NCBI GenBank assembly: GCA_036172245.1 | Contig: JAYWIR010000069.1 | Span: forward strand, 248,001-312,000 | DNA: 64,000 nucleotides | Source: Raillietiella orientalis | Taxonomy: Eukaryota | Reading direction: 5' to 3' | Shown here: positions 49,667-62,000 of the stretch, in pieces | Position numbering within the stretch: position 1 is the stretch's first letter | How the letters are laid out: every line of letters starts with the position of its first letter | Notes under the pieces: model-generated | Told to the model about the DNA's origin: nothing | The model's input: the letters and a program-made list of their open reading frames with translations, nothing else | Database searches by the model: none | Position numbers and translations under genes: made by a program

Positions 49667-51035
49667 TTAGGAAATTCTTCTTAGCTCATCTTCATTGTGT
49701 CCAACTATCAACAGGCACTTCACATCCAATTCTTCTTTCACTATAGTGTGTTCTGTTCATTTAAATCCCCTCCCGTCCTCTTAAAAAATGTAACCGCATA
49801 TTTTTTTTAGCTTAGGATGCACTGCTTTCGTTTTGGTCTTCTATTAGCTCTGCCATTTTTCTCTACTTACAGATACCTATCAGTATTTTCTGAAAGCGAA
49901 AATCAGCATTTCAAAATTTTGCACATGCGAGAATATTTGAATTTCATGCATTTTCATCTCTCCTGACCTGGTTCAGAAAAAAAAAAAAAAAAATTGGAGA
50001 TAAGTCCACCATGTGCCACAGGCTCAACGAGTGTGTTATTTCTTGATATGTCATTGAATAAAGATATGAATCATATAGCTGTTAACCATACCATTTCTCA
50101 TAGGATCAACTCTTGTACAGGTAGAGAGATTTTTCGCTGCACTAAATAGTACTTGAAATACATCGTGGTCTTGTAGCACGAAATAGCAATCAGAAGACGA
50201 AATCAATAACATGCCCCTCAGTTCCCGTACCTTTATGCAATTTTTTAAAACTGGAATCATGTAGCGAAATGTAAACTAACTGAGATCCAGAGTGAGTATG
50301 TAAACTTGTATGATATCTAACTGATCAACACTTCTCAAGAGGTCACAGCTATTTGTGTGATTCCTGGCTACCATGTACTATCGGATAATTAGCGGCATAA
50401 ATGTTCAGTGAAAGCGAATCCATTTAAAAGCTTAGAAAACATGTCCTTAACTGAGCTTGAAAAATATAAAAACCATGGACTTTTTAGGCATAATTTGCAA
50501 AATCTATAGTTTTAACATTTTTATTCAAACAGTTTTGGATTGCTATTCTGACTGTTCCTTTGCTAAGAATCAGTTTTTTTTTTTTTTCACAAATCCAAGA
50601 ATAAATTCACAACTTCTTTTCCAAATGGAGTTTAAAACCTAACTCAAGTGAAAGAACTGAAAGATATTTCAAGTCATTATGCCTTTAATATGCCACTCCA
50701 AGTAGCTATTAAAATACCTGTTTTTGTTCCGCACTGTTCAGGGTGTCTCCATTACTCGTACCCTCATTCAACGATTGAGAGATTGCTGCAGACATTGAAA
50801 GGAAATTTTGGAAACTCCAGCTCTTAAAGCTAATGAGCTTCTGTTGATGATCTATCGAGCTTAGCAAGACCGATTCTTTGGTAAATTTCCTCGAAAGCGA
50901 GGTTGCCTGGTAACAATGGTGATCTTGAGATGTTCCAGTATTTGTGCACTTCAATGGAGGGAGCCGCGCTTGTAAACCTTCTGAGGTTTTATGAAAACGG
51001 TTTCCTTTGGAAAATTGGATTTTATTGGGATTCAT
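49667..51035 (-). CDS. Unrecognised spliced gene model (hypothetical protein); exons 51035(or 50795)-50718, 50377-50281, 50169-50092, optional 49889-49871, 49740-49667
   Basis: 106 open codons in AT-rich DNA ending CAG|GTATTT, then phase-compatible open exons (0-1, 1-1) with GTTAGT and GTATGG donors; stop followed ~33 nt later by AATAAA (plus-strand TTTATT 49629-49634). No recognisable domain. Confidence 0.5.
50902..50914. promoter_or_regulatory. RFX X-box-like palindrome
   Basis: GTTGCCTGGTAAC fits GTNRCC-N-RGYAAC. Confidence 0.4.
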
Positions 51036-51136
51036 TTTAAATTTTCAGTGATTGTACCAGCACACCAAACGAGCGATGAATAGAATCACCGAAGTCTAAG
51101 GCAAAAAAAAAAAAAAAAAGATTCATTCGGATCTTC

Positions 51137-54100
51137 ATGGTTGTTTACGAAATGCCAAACTCTTCGGAATCAGTCGTGAGCCTAATGTCACAGTATGAAA
51201 GTGATGATGATTCGAAACAAAAAATGAACTCAAAAGTTGATTGTTTTATGAAGGTAGAGTCTGGCGAATTTTTTTCCCCACTCTTTGGTTTTCTGCTTGT
51301 AAGCTCTTCCCAGCAGATCGTAGTTTCCACCGAAAAGCATTCGTTATCTTAATACAGCAGATTATTAGGTACTGCACTTAGATGGTGGGAAATAACCCCA
51401 CCATCGAAGTGCACATTGGCTGCATGCTTTTATTTGACGAATAAACGAATTCACTATGCAAACTGGATTCTTGGAGTACGTAATTCAGTAAGAATTATGA
51501 CATTAGTCCAAGTGGTAGCTTGATCGAAAGTTAAAATTAGTTTACCAAATGCTTGTTCTATGTGGATAATTAATTGTAGGATTGACGATAAATCAGAATC
51601 TGAATACATGATATTTTATTGGCCTGTGTGCAAAGTACACATCGGCCTATGAAAATGTTTAGCATGTTTGGTTGGTTACCTCTTAACCATGTATTTTTAC
51701 AATCATTTGTTGTTATTCCAAAGTAATGAAATGCCACCTTCGGTTTTCATGCATGCCTACTGAAACTGTTTATTCATGTATGTTTGGGATATGAAAACTT
51801 TGGGTACTGAACATCAACCAAAGTTAAATGGATTCAAACAGGTGAAAGTATGGTGATTGCCTAAATTCATTTTTGTTTTGTTTTTAGTTCTTTTTGTGCC
51901 AATGCCATTTTTCGCCATCATTTTAGCTTGTAAAATCTTAGGTCAGATGAAGGGAATGGAATTTTTTTGTTGCGCAAAATTCCATTTCTTTCATTTGAAA
52001 ATGATACATTTTTGAGTGATTATTCTTTTAACTTATCCATTTAAGTTGGTACTATTTTCAGGAAATTGAAACGTTTAAGAATTCCGATCATGAAATTAAA
52101 TCCTCAGATATCTACATTATTAGAAATGATGCAGGTAATTATTTAAGATTGTAATCCTCAAAAGTGATTGCTCTTTTGTGCATTCTGAAAAGTTTTCAAG
52201 CTGAAGATTTCTCCTCAGTTGTCTCATTGCATGTGACAGATATTGCATCACAGTTTTGCATTATCTTTTGTGAATGAAAGTATTGATCACATAAATTCAT
52301 TGAAGTCTCCCATAAAAATTGAAATGGGAATCTCAGTTAATTAAAAGTTTTTTGAGTGAATGATACCATCAGTTTTCTAGTAAAGACATAATCAGAATTC
52401 TCTTGGTGGGGAAATAATAACCTGTGTCAGCGGTGCATGTATAAAACATAAACGAAATATTAAATAGTGTTCCTGAATGCATGTTGAATAAGAGTACATA
52501 TCTACACAAAAGAGACAATGCATATCTTAAACATCTTGTGATTAAATTTCATTCTGTAAATCTAATACCAATAATAAGTCTGTGCATGACTTCAGCCTTA
52601 AGTGAAATTTTTTGTGTGTTCTTGGAAGCTAAAATCATGGAATTTGCTTTACTTAAGTTTCATGTTCGGAACTTAAGTGAGCAATCATGGTTTTGTATTT
52701 AAAATTATAATATGAAAATTGTGAAAATTACTTCCTACTCTGATACAAATGGAAATGTTATGAATGTGAAGTTATCTTTCTTTAATCAGAATGAAATAAA
52801 GACATATGTATTTCATTCGCATGCCAAAGAAATGTTATTTTGGGTAGATCTCTGGCAAGAATGCTGTGATCAAAATACTGGATATCTATACTATTGGAAT
52901 GTGAATACAAATGAGGTTGCATGGCAAGCTCCAAAGAAATCTGAGCATGGAAGCTGGTTGATATCAAAGAATGAAAATCATCTATCTATCAAGCAAAATA
53001 GCGCTTCTGAAAAAGAAAAATGTGCAATTTCCAGGCAAGTAGCAATAATGCTCTCGTACTTTTAGGAATGATTCCAATTTTTTTGCCTATTTGGGGGGAG
53101 GGAGGGGGCAGAATTTCTTGAAGCTACATGATTTACACAGTTCTATTCCAATAAGCGTTGGAATGTATTTCAAAGTAACACTTCAATATATATGGATATC
53201 AACGTAATACCTGATGATTAATTCTGGCTATGTTTTCTTCTTTAATATCACATTGTTCTGTATTATAAGTAATTTTAAGATAATCGCCAAAATGAATGTA
53301 GGGCCTCAAAAAGCAAACATGATGAGTGCACTTTGAATGGTATTAGGTACGAAATGTTGAGAGATCACCCTTGGTAATGGATGTTCCTGCTTTCTGATAC
53401 AAGGGCAGAAGCAGAGGAACACATATGTTTGAGATTTGCATGAAGACACAAATCTGTGTTGTATGCGCAGATTCCTTTGAGATGATTAAATTTTGGCTGG
53501 CAAAATTTTTCAATTTTGTTAAGTAAACATATGTGTATCCCTCAGAACAAGAACCACCAAATTACATTCGATTATCCCATCTGAATTCTCAGGTCAGAAA
53601 TGAAGCCATGAACCCTGCTTGCAGAAGCTAAGATCACCAAAGTGTGTGCAACTAAACCAAGATGCTGAATCACTTAGAGCATAAAAGTAAAGTCTTAGTT
53701 TTCTGCTCTAAGTGGTTTTAAAAACACATCTGTGTTCGAATTGAGGTTGAGATTCAAATGTAGTAAAGGGCTTTTCTGTTATTGGATTTTGGTTTATCCG
53801 AAAAAGTAAGCTAGAAGAGACCTTAGTTGAAGACAGTTATATTGATGAAAAGATTTACAATTTTGTAATGGTCCACTTTTTTGAGCCCAAAGAAATCATA
53901 CTTAATTTTTTTGAAAAAAAAAAAAAAAAAGATGAAAATGACTGTAAACATTTAATGTCGTAGATTACCTATATCTGATCAATAACTAAAATTATGATTA
54001 AATCTAAATTGAATGTGCATGTTGTTTATGTAAGAACCTGTTTTCCACTTCATGTTTTTTTTTTTGAATCGGAAGATGTAAGAGAAGAAAGTTTTCTGCA

Positions 54101-56021
54101 ATGAAAAAGCTATAATTGGCGAAATAGGTTGTGGAATGATGCTGTTTCCATTTTCAAATGCATTTGTTGATAGCCCAATCATTTGAGTTTATGATCCGAA
54201 TGTTTCCGATATTTTATAAATAAAAAAAAATCATGACATAAAAGAAATAGGAAGAATTATGAAGCGCTGTATACGGTTTTTGAGAAAAAAAAATGGCTGC
54301 ACAGATGATTTTAAGAAACATGGACCGCAACTTCGTAACAGTTCTTACCGGGTGAAACGAAGAAAGGTACGAATTTCTCGAAAAGTACAATCGAGAAGGT
54401 GACATCGAAGGCTGCAGAGTTCGTTAAAAAGGAAGACAAAGAGAAACGAAATCGCTACAGTGTAAGTTGTTTGAACGCGGGCATTGGCAATTCTGCAGCA
54501 TATCGTAGGCTTATGCGACTCGTTTATTCATAAATATGTCATTTCACCAAGAGTCCAATTCTATTTTTTTATTTTTTCTAAAAAAAAACAAAAACAAAAA
54601 AAAAAACAAAGAAAAACTGAATAAATATGAAGACCTTGTCAAAAGCATGGTTGTACGCATTTTGTTTGTTAATTGATGCATCTGTTTCAGTATTCTGACA
54701 TTCATGCACTTAATATTTTTTGTAGTACTTCCATAGGTATGGATGTAGATTGCAATAAGTTGCAAAGTAATTCCAATTGTGTGATGAATGTGGATGAAAT
54801 CATTAGTGCAATTGAAAGAGAGTTACCCCCGGATTATCGAAAGCGTTGTGACGCATTATCTTCTGGAAATTCGGGTCACAATGTTTGCTCTACAGGAATT
54901 CGGCTGCTGTCATCATACGGGGATCAGGATTCCGAAGAGGAATCGTGTCAGATGCCCACCAATTGCCACGAGACAGATCCTCCAGACAAAAAAAGTAGTT
55001 CTTCACCGAACAGACCCCCTTTCGAAACAGAGTTGTTAATGCACGTAGAGCCCGCGAAAGGCTTTCCCGAGAAGCAAGCAGAGTCGGAAGAGCGTTTTAT
55101 CTCGAGTACGACTAACATGCCCGATAGCACGTCCCTGAAAAGTAGATAAACGCCGCACGCACGCGGAGGAAGGAAACGGAGAGTTTTCCAGATAAGCCTC
55201 TTCACGAGGGTGTCGAGCTTAGCGGGATCTTCGAGAAGATCCAGAACCACGGGAGGAAGAGCGGCGAGAATGCCTGCGAGGCGTCGTCCATCTCGTCCAG
55301 CACCAGCGAGCCGATTTTCCCCCAGGACGAGGCTTCTGCGGCAGCGGCGGCTGCCGAAAGCCAGGCAGAGCGTATGTGGTTCCCGGGTCGCCCTTCGGTT
55401 TTCTCCCTTCAGTCCCGCGTCAGTCCTTTCCAGGAGTTTCCAGCTGGCCAGGATAAGGGATCTGCTCGAGGAAGTCATCAGCAAGCTGGAATGCCTGCAG
55501 CCGAATCTGAACCATCCCGTCCTGAAGCAGCTGGGCATCGAGGTGAAGGTGAGTTGGGTGTCCCTGCAGCTGACCGGTCCGTGACACGGCGACAGACTTT
55601 AGCCGATGCCTGGTTCGAGCAGTCCCTGAAACCGCAGTATTTCCTCAAGTGGCTGGAATCTGCCAGCACCCACATTCTGGCCCAGGAAGAAATAATAATG
55701 CCCGCTTCCTGGTCGTGTCATTGGGATAGGTAAAACCGATGACTTTTCGAAATCATTGATGCGCTGTATGCTATCAGGGCGTACAAGAGGTACTTTTATC
55801 GTCACAAAACGAATGGTAAAACGCAGTGGACTTTTCCCGTTCAGTCTTCGTACACCTCGAATTTCGACGCGTCCGAGTCGGGTGAGAAGGAAAAGGCGGA
55901 CGCCCCTAACGATCCCGGGGCGGCGGACGCGGCACCCTTGCCGGAAAGGGAACCTCCTCCTCCAGGAACAGTGTCGCCGCCTCTCCCTGCTCCGAGCGCG
56001 CCGAAGCCTCCAGCAAATTAG
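51137..56021 (+). CDS. FNBP4: Formin-binding protein 4-like, two WW domains; exons 51137-51253, 52062-52134, 52848-~53034, (unresolved 53.3-54.7 kb), ~54737-55141, 55192-55371, 55424-55548, 55596-55729, 55778-56021
   Basis: Acidic SLMSQYESDDD and VDCFMK|EIE N-terminus; WW1 WQECCDQNTGYLYYWNVNTNEVAWQAP; helical block ISKLECL..QYFLKWLE leading into WW2 WSCHWDR|AYKRYFYRHKTNGKTQWTFP; Pro-rich tail. The 3' introns of 50, 52, 47 and 48 nt are in phase; AATAAA at ~56506. Confidence 0.85.
53668..53717. other. Intronic hairpin, 23-bp arms with 4-nt loop
   Basis: AATCACTTAGAGCATAAAAGTAA-AGTC-TTAGTTTTCTGCTCTAAGTGGTT; 20/23 Watson-Crick pairs plus one G-U. Confidence 0.7.
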
Positions 56022-59000
56022 CATCACTCGAACTGGCACTTTCCGATCGCAACCACGGAAAGCCGATTCCAGAAATTCCAGAAGCCGCCATCGTTTCGAT
56101 CACCCGAAGGAATGCGGTGTGCTTCAGAGTCGGTGGAAAGTTCCCAGCATCCGGCTGTGCAAACGGGTCGCCACGGCGACGACGGATGCGTCGACGGCTT
56201 CCGGTGGCTCGCTGCTTACGGAAACCCTTCCGAAGCGAGTGGCTCAGCCAGTTGGTTCGGATTTATGCTGGAAGTTGGGGCGTGCCTTTTTTCGCCCTGC
56301 CTTGAACCGGGGATTAAAAACTAAGAACCGCCGGGCGAAAAAAGCATCTCCCGCCTCCGCCGCCAGCCGAAGTGGGGAACCCTGCGGGGGAGACGCGAGC
56401 CGGAAGCTGCGGTGACCTCCGAGGTGAGGCCGAGCTAGGCAAGAGAGAACGAGAAACGAAACAGTGGTGGCTTTACTAAAGTGCGACCTGCCGGCTTTCG
56501 AGTGTAATAAATGAAGGTTTCCGAAAACATTTGTGGAGACTCCCGAGGATTGCACCTATTACTAATAATTGAATGCTGATAGCCGAGTTTCGATAACGAT
56601 CGTGCTCCAAGACCGAGTAGTAACTGCTGATTAGTGCCGTTCGTGTGTAAAACTTTGTCGAGCATCTCATCTGATATCTCACTATGCCTTCTTTGTAAAG
56701 TAAAGGGCTTTAACGTCGGATTGTATCGAAAACCTAACCAACTAGGAGGTTCGTACATTCGTGTCCGTACGTTCGTGGTTATTCAGCATCTTATTCTCAA
56801 TGTTCATTCGGATCCATGGGACTGCATCTCTCAATATTAAAACCACCGTAGCATTGCAGTGGTTCGCATTCCCAGTCGTCAGTCTCCACTCCTGCAGGGG
56901 TGCTGAAAGGGGGGGGGGGGGAAGAGAAAAATAAAAAAGAAAATTTCGAGTGGATTCTCAGAAACTTGTCCTTTCACTAGTGCTTTCGATCTACGAATCT
57001 GTATTTATTGCCCCCCTCCCCCCAGCAAGAGCAGCAGTGAGGGTCAAAACCGACATCAAGCGAAGGAGTTGTGGCCCCGAAGGTGCAGATTTTTGTGCGT
57101 CCGTCTGACGACACCGTCGTTGGTTGATTTTTGAATCTTTCTGTAACATCGAGGGGTTTGGTGATGTCCTCTCACCTCGTACGTTTGCGTTCCCTCGTCA
57201 CCTCCTTCGTAGATTTAAGTTTGGAAATCAGGGGATTCGGATTCGAAAGTCGCGATTTCGGCGAGGACACTTTCCGACATCCCGGCGGAAAGAGCTACAG
57301 TGGGCTCAGAATGCAAGCGTGCCTTGCATCCATTCATTCGTTTGATTACCATGCACCTCTGGTTGGTGCCGGCAAAGCTCGGATTACTCCGGTGGAGTAA
57401 TGGAACCCTTGAAGGTCAGCGAAGCAATCTAGAGAGCAGTTACGGGCCATGAAGAAGCCTGGCAGAGGCTTAGCAGCATTATCAAGTAGCAACATGTGCC
57501 GGTTCGACTTAAAGAGATCCCGCATCCGTCCGAATAAATTGTTTGCAGTAATAGCAAAAGCAGCAGCTAGTTTTTTTTTTTTTTACAAATGCCATGGGTT
57601 GCCGCCGCCGATGAAGTCGATGCACGAGTGGGGCACGGTGACCTCTGCGAAGGCGCAGAGTGTCAGAGATGCACCGGAGTCCTCGTGTCTGGGAGTGCGA
57701 CGAGGATGCGAGGCGTCCATTCCGGGAAAAGCCCGAAAGCCCCGAATCCAGCAACGTGCCTGAAGTCGAGGCGTTTCGAAGGACCACGACCCAAGCATGT
57801 GTGACCACCGAGCGTGGTATTCGACCCGCTCCGTAAAAGGCGCAGCGCTGTGCGGGCAAGCACAGGATTGTGCAGACGTCTTCCACCGAAAGGCAAAGGA
57901 AATATCCCGGACACGCCTTACGGAACAGGTGAGGACTAGACCCATGGGCTTTTCTCAGGCGGCCACGAGTGGAACGAAGTACGATGCCGGCAAATTATTC
58001 CCTTTCGAAGAAAAGCTTCGTTTCTGTGATGTCCACTGATTGCATGCAACGTCCAAACTTATGCCGATCTCGGAAGCCTCAACTGTCAAGCGGGGAGGGG
58101 GTTGTAGTCGGAACAGCCGAAACTATTGCGCATGACCCGAACACCACCCGGTCTCGTTGCAGTTTCGGGTTCGCTTTCGCCTGGGGGAGCAGGGGAACAT
58201 CACGTGAGGATTCATGAGCACAGCCGTGCGTGTGCTTGCACAGGAGCGCTTTCCTCGCAGTCCAAGGATGGGAGCATGCAGGGAAGCTTGCTATACTGCA
58301 CAAACCGCGGGCTATTTCCAACCAGTTCGGCAGTAAATGTTCCCTAACTCCAGCTTGCTGCTGAGCCTCTTTCTAAAGGCCTGGTCATCTGTTTGAACGC
58401 TGGCTGCAGATTCGGCACCCAGAGTTTCGAAAAATGCAATCCGTGTTGCCTTTCCAGCGTGACCGATGCTGTTGTTGTGCCTCTTGTTGGGGCGTTGGGC
58501 CGCGTAGATTGCCCTCACCAGTAGCCATGCAATTGATGGAATCAGAGAGGGTCTGTTGGGATATCCTTCATTACCCACCTTTCGACCGTTTTCTCAAAAT
58601 GGCTGACCGCGATCACTGGTTCGAGTTTTTTCCGGCCCCTTATCAACCGGTGCATCACTGCGTATCTTAAAAGTTCGCTCTGGATGTGTTGTCGTCTTCG
58701 GCGGTTCCGCCCATCGTGGAAACGATTTGCCCACTGACGGGCCACCGCTTTACCCAGAGAGGGGATCAAAGTTGTCCATATTCGAGGATCTTCGGCCACA
58801 CCACCACCGTTTTTGTCACAAAAGTCGAATGAGCAGTGCTTTTCTGTTTGTTGGTATTGACGACGGGTTCGTTGTCTTTGCTAGGGGCTCACCCCCCCGC
58901 GCCGGTTTTCCTAAACCAGCCAGAGGTCGGGAAAGGGCTTCTTCTACGAACGCCGCTGGGCACCTCCTTCGCTTACGCCGCTAGCGTGGCGGCGCGTTGC

Positions 59001-62000
59001 CTCTTCTAGCGCCGGCTTTGCTGGACCAGGTCTTGAGCAACCCTGGTGACCACACCGCGCGCAACCACGGTTCCAAGTTCTGCAAAACCGTCGTTGCTGC
59101 TTTCTGCTCTCGCCGGGTCTTCTTGGCAAGAAAGCGGAAGAGGATTCAGAGACTCGAAGGTGAGAAATGTGTGGTTCCTGCCAGTCGGGAGGAAGAACTT
59201 GGAGCTTTCAATCAAATGTGATTCGCGCACACGTATCAGCATATTTTTCTCGAGAAGATTCTGAAGTGCCAGTCGCCTGAGGGGTCTGTGAATCCAGTTG
59301 AAGAAAAGAAGACGATCACGACTACACGCACGCTTCACCAAGCGTGTGTGCACGTACACGTATACATACACGCACACACACAAACATATTAGGAGCCGTG
59401 CCTGTTGCTCCCAGTGTGTGATGGCAGATTCAAAGAAATTCATTTGAATGGTTTGGTTGCGGCATCAGGGAAATTTCTGAAAGGAGATGAAATCAAGCTC
59501 TGGCAAGAGACGGTGCACGTGAACTCATTCATTCCATCTGCAAGAGATCACAGACGCCTCCAATACAGGAAGATGCCGAACATTTTCTAAATCGATGCTG
59601 TCTCTTGTAGTTGCGTCTGCAGCCGGTTCTCTTTACGGTTTTCCAAGTTGATTATGATGTGCGCATCGGATGAGATCTGCACAGGGATGAGAAACATGCA
59701 TGATTGACAAAAGATATGAGTTCACGGCAGCGGTGCCAAATCTTCGTTAAACTTAACAAGGGTAGGGAATCTTTGACCGCTAAGAGAAGTACAATGGATC
59801 GTATTGCTGGTCTGTCTGTCCATGAGGTATATTCTACGAAAGGAGTACCAGAGTGCAAGAACCACGAGAACCACCAGGTTTCACGGGAACTTGGCCGGAC
59901 GCTCGTTATTTGCCAACTGGTTCAAATATGCCTCAATCATCGTTGCTGCAATCCTCAGATCTTGTGGTTCACCTCAGGTTTCATGGCATGCCATGTTTTC
60001 ACACGCAAGGTCACAGGTAGTTCAATCTGCAGTTCGATCTTTGTTTTTCATTTTTTTTTTCTTCTGTTTCTCATTAGCTCTCGAGAGTGAGGACAATGCA
60101 GTTTCCGGGCGGTGAATCAACGATTCTGCCCTCCGATCCAGCGTGCCATTCAACGGTTCACTCATGCGGAGCTCCGTTGCCATGTTACGCAGACCAGATT
60201 TTCTCGGAGTGCATTCGACATGGGTCCTTTTGGCGTAATCCAAGAAGGGAGTGACTTTCCGGCCATCAAAGGAGAAGTTGAAGTCGAAGGACGAACTATC
60301 GAAGGAGATCTCACGCCGCTCGTGTTCCAAAAGCTGCGACAGACTGCCGCTTGAATGGGCGGCCTTGCAATGCCAAGGAGAGAGACTCAGCGTCTCATTG
60401 GATAACCTTGGCAGTACTAAAGTTCCACAACTTGTTCACCTGTTTGTGTCTTCTAGTGGAAGGAAAAATGTCACAGCGAAAGCAGAAGCTCTCGACTGCG
60501 CATGCTCCGATCAGGTGGTAAGAAGCCAGGTGCATCCAACTGCGTTCTGAGAAAGGAATTCAGATCTTAGAGAACTCAGAGAACGGTCTGCGCGAGTCGG
60601 AGGAGGCGAGCGCGAGGAGGGGCGCAGAACAAAAGCTTGCATCCGGTGGCAAAATCATCTGTCCTTCCTGCCGCTCAACGAGAATGGAAAGTACCGTTAC
60701 CATTAGACACCGAACTCCGCTGGCTGCTCTGGACCTATAGCCGACGCGGGGCATCCACGGGGGCTGAAACAGCGTCCGGCGAACTTTGGCACGCGTCTGG
60801 TGCTGTTGCGGAGGAGTAGAGGGAATCGTTCCAGCACCTGCTGCTGAAACCTTGGTGCCTGCCAGCAAACTTGGGCAGCGCCAAGAGGAGGAAGTTGCTG
60901 CTGAGCTGTGCCACCATTACGGCGTGTGTAGTCGCTAATAATGATGGCTCCAATGAATTTATGATCGCGCACTTGCTATGTTTAGCTGAAAAGCACGATA
61001 TCCTGTTCAGTGGGTATTCACCGTGGCAACACCGATCTCCAGCAGAGTGTGCTGCCTGCTGTTCGCTGCGCGGTGCACTCTTTCTCCATTTCGTGGCCGC
61101 GACTTTGCTGAGCTGGTCGGTGCGGTCAGCCTCACTGAAGTCAGCAGATTCGTGCTGCGCGGTTTGCGTGTGCGTTGTAACCAGAAATCGGCACTAGCGG
61201 AATGGAAAGGAAGACGATGCAAGTGCCGAAAAATTATGGCATCGAGGTGTCAGGCGAATGGCCACTTTCCGGCAGCTACAGCCCAGCACGAGCGTCTAAT
61301 GGTAACGCCAGAAGTGGTCAGCAAGCCGCCAGCGCCTGCATTTCCAAGTGTGCAAACCACTCATCCAGACTCTTCACGAAATAGTCGCACTCTCGATGGA
61401 GAAAGCGTTACGAGAAAGCAGTTGGCCCGCCCCAGCGTGTGCTTCGAGGGATGGGGAAGGCCACCAAACCTCGTCCCCACACGATCAGCCTGTGCTGCCT
61501 TTTCGTTTCGTGCTTTCTCTCTCTCCCCCTTCTCCAGGCGAGTGCAGCTGCATGAGGCTTGGGGATGCGGAATACCGTGCTCGAGGCAGCCGAGATTAGA
61601 AATCCAAATTCCGCTTTCCGTGGATCCGTGCCAGTCTTCTCGAACCGTTCCAGTCTCCGGCCGTTCCGGCGCGCCGGAGATACTGATGAACGCCCGTGAG
61701 GCTTCTAGCCCTCGTGCGCGCCCCAAGGCATACGTCCGTCAGGTGCTTTCCAGCAAGCCTTTCGGGACTCGGTTTCTAGATCCATAACATCCGACGCACG
61801 GGATGCATAACTTGGCGAGTTCGGCACGTTTCGCACCGACGTTTGACTTTCCACAATCAGTGCGAAAAAAAATCATGAGCGAAAATAAAAAACGAAATGC
61901 TTCTGCACGGTACTCGTCGGTAATTCGTTCCGGAACTCCTGAAGAGTGCCGAAACAGACGAGTAACTAAGATTCACACGCACAGAAAGCACGAAAAAAGG

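Noticed and set aside
53319..53398. C/D box snoRNA (ATGATGA...CTGA) in an FNBP4 intron
   Set aside because: No terminal stem and no rRNA-complementary guide that I can identify; overlaps a possible small exon.
58434..58670. WDILHYPPF resembling mariner W..LPHPPYSPDL
   Set aside because: YSPDL and the DD34D context are absent and no TIRs were seen.
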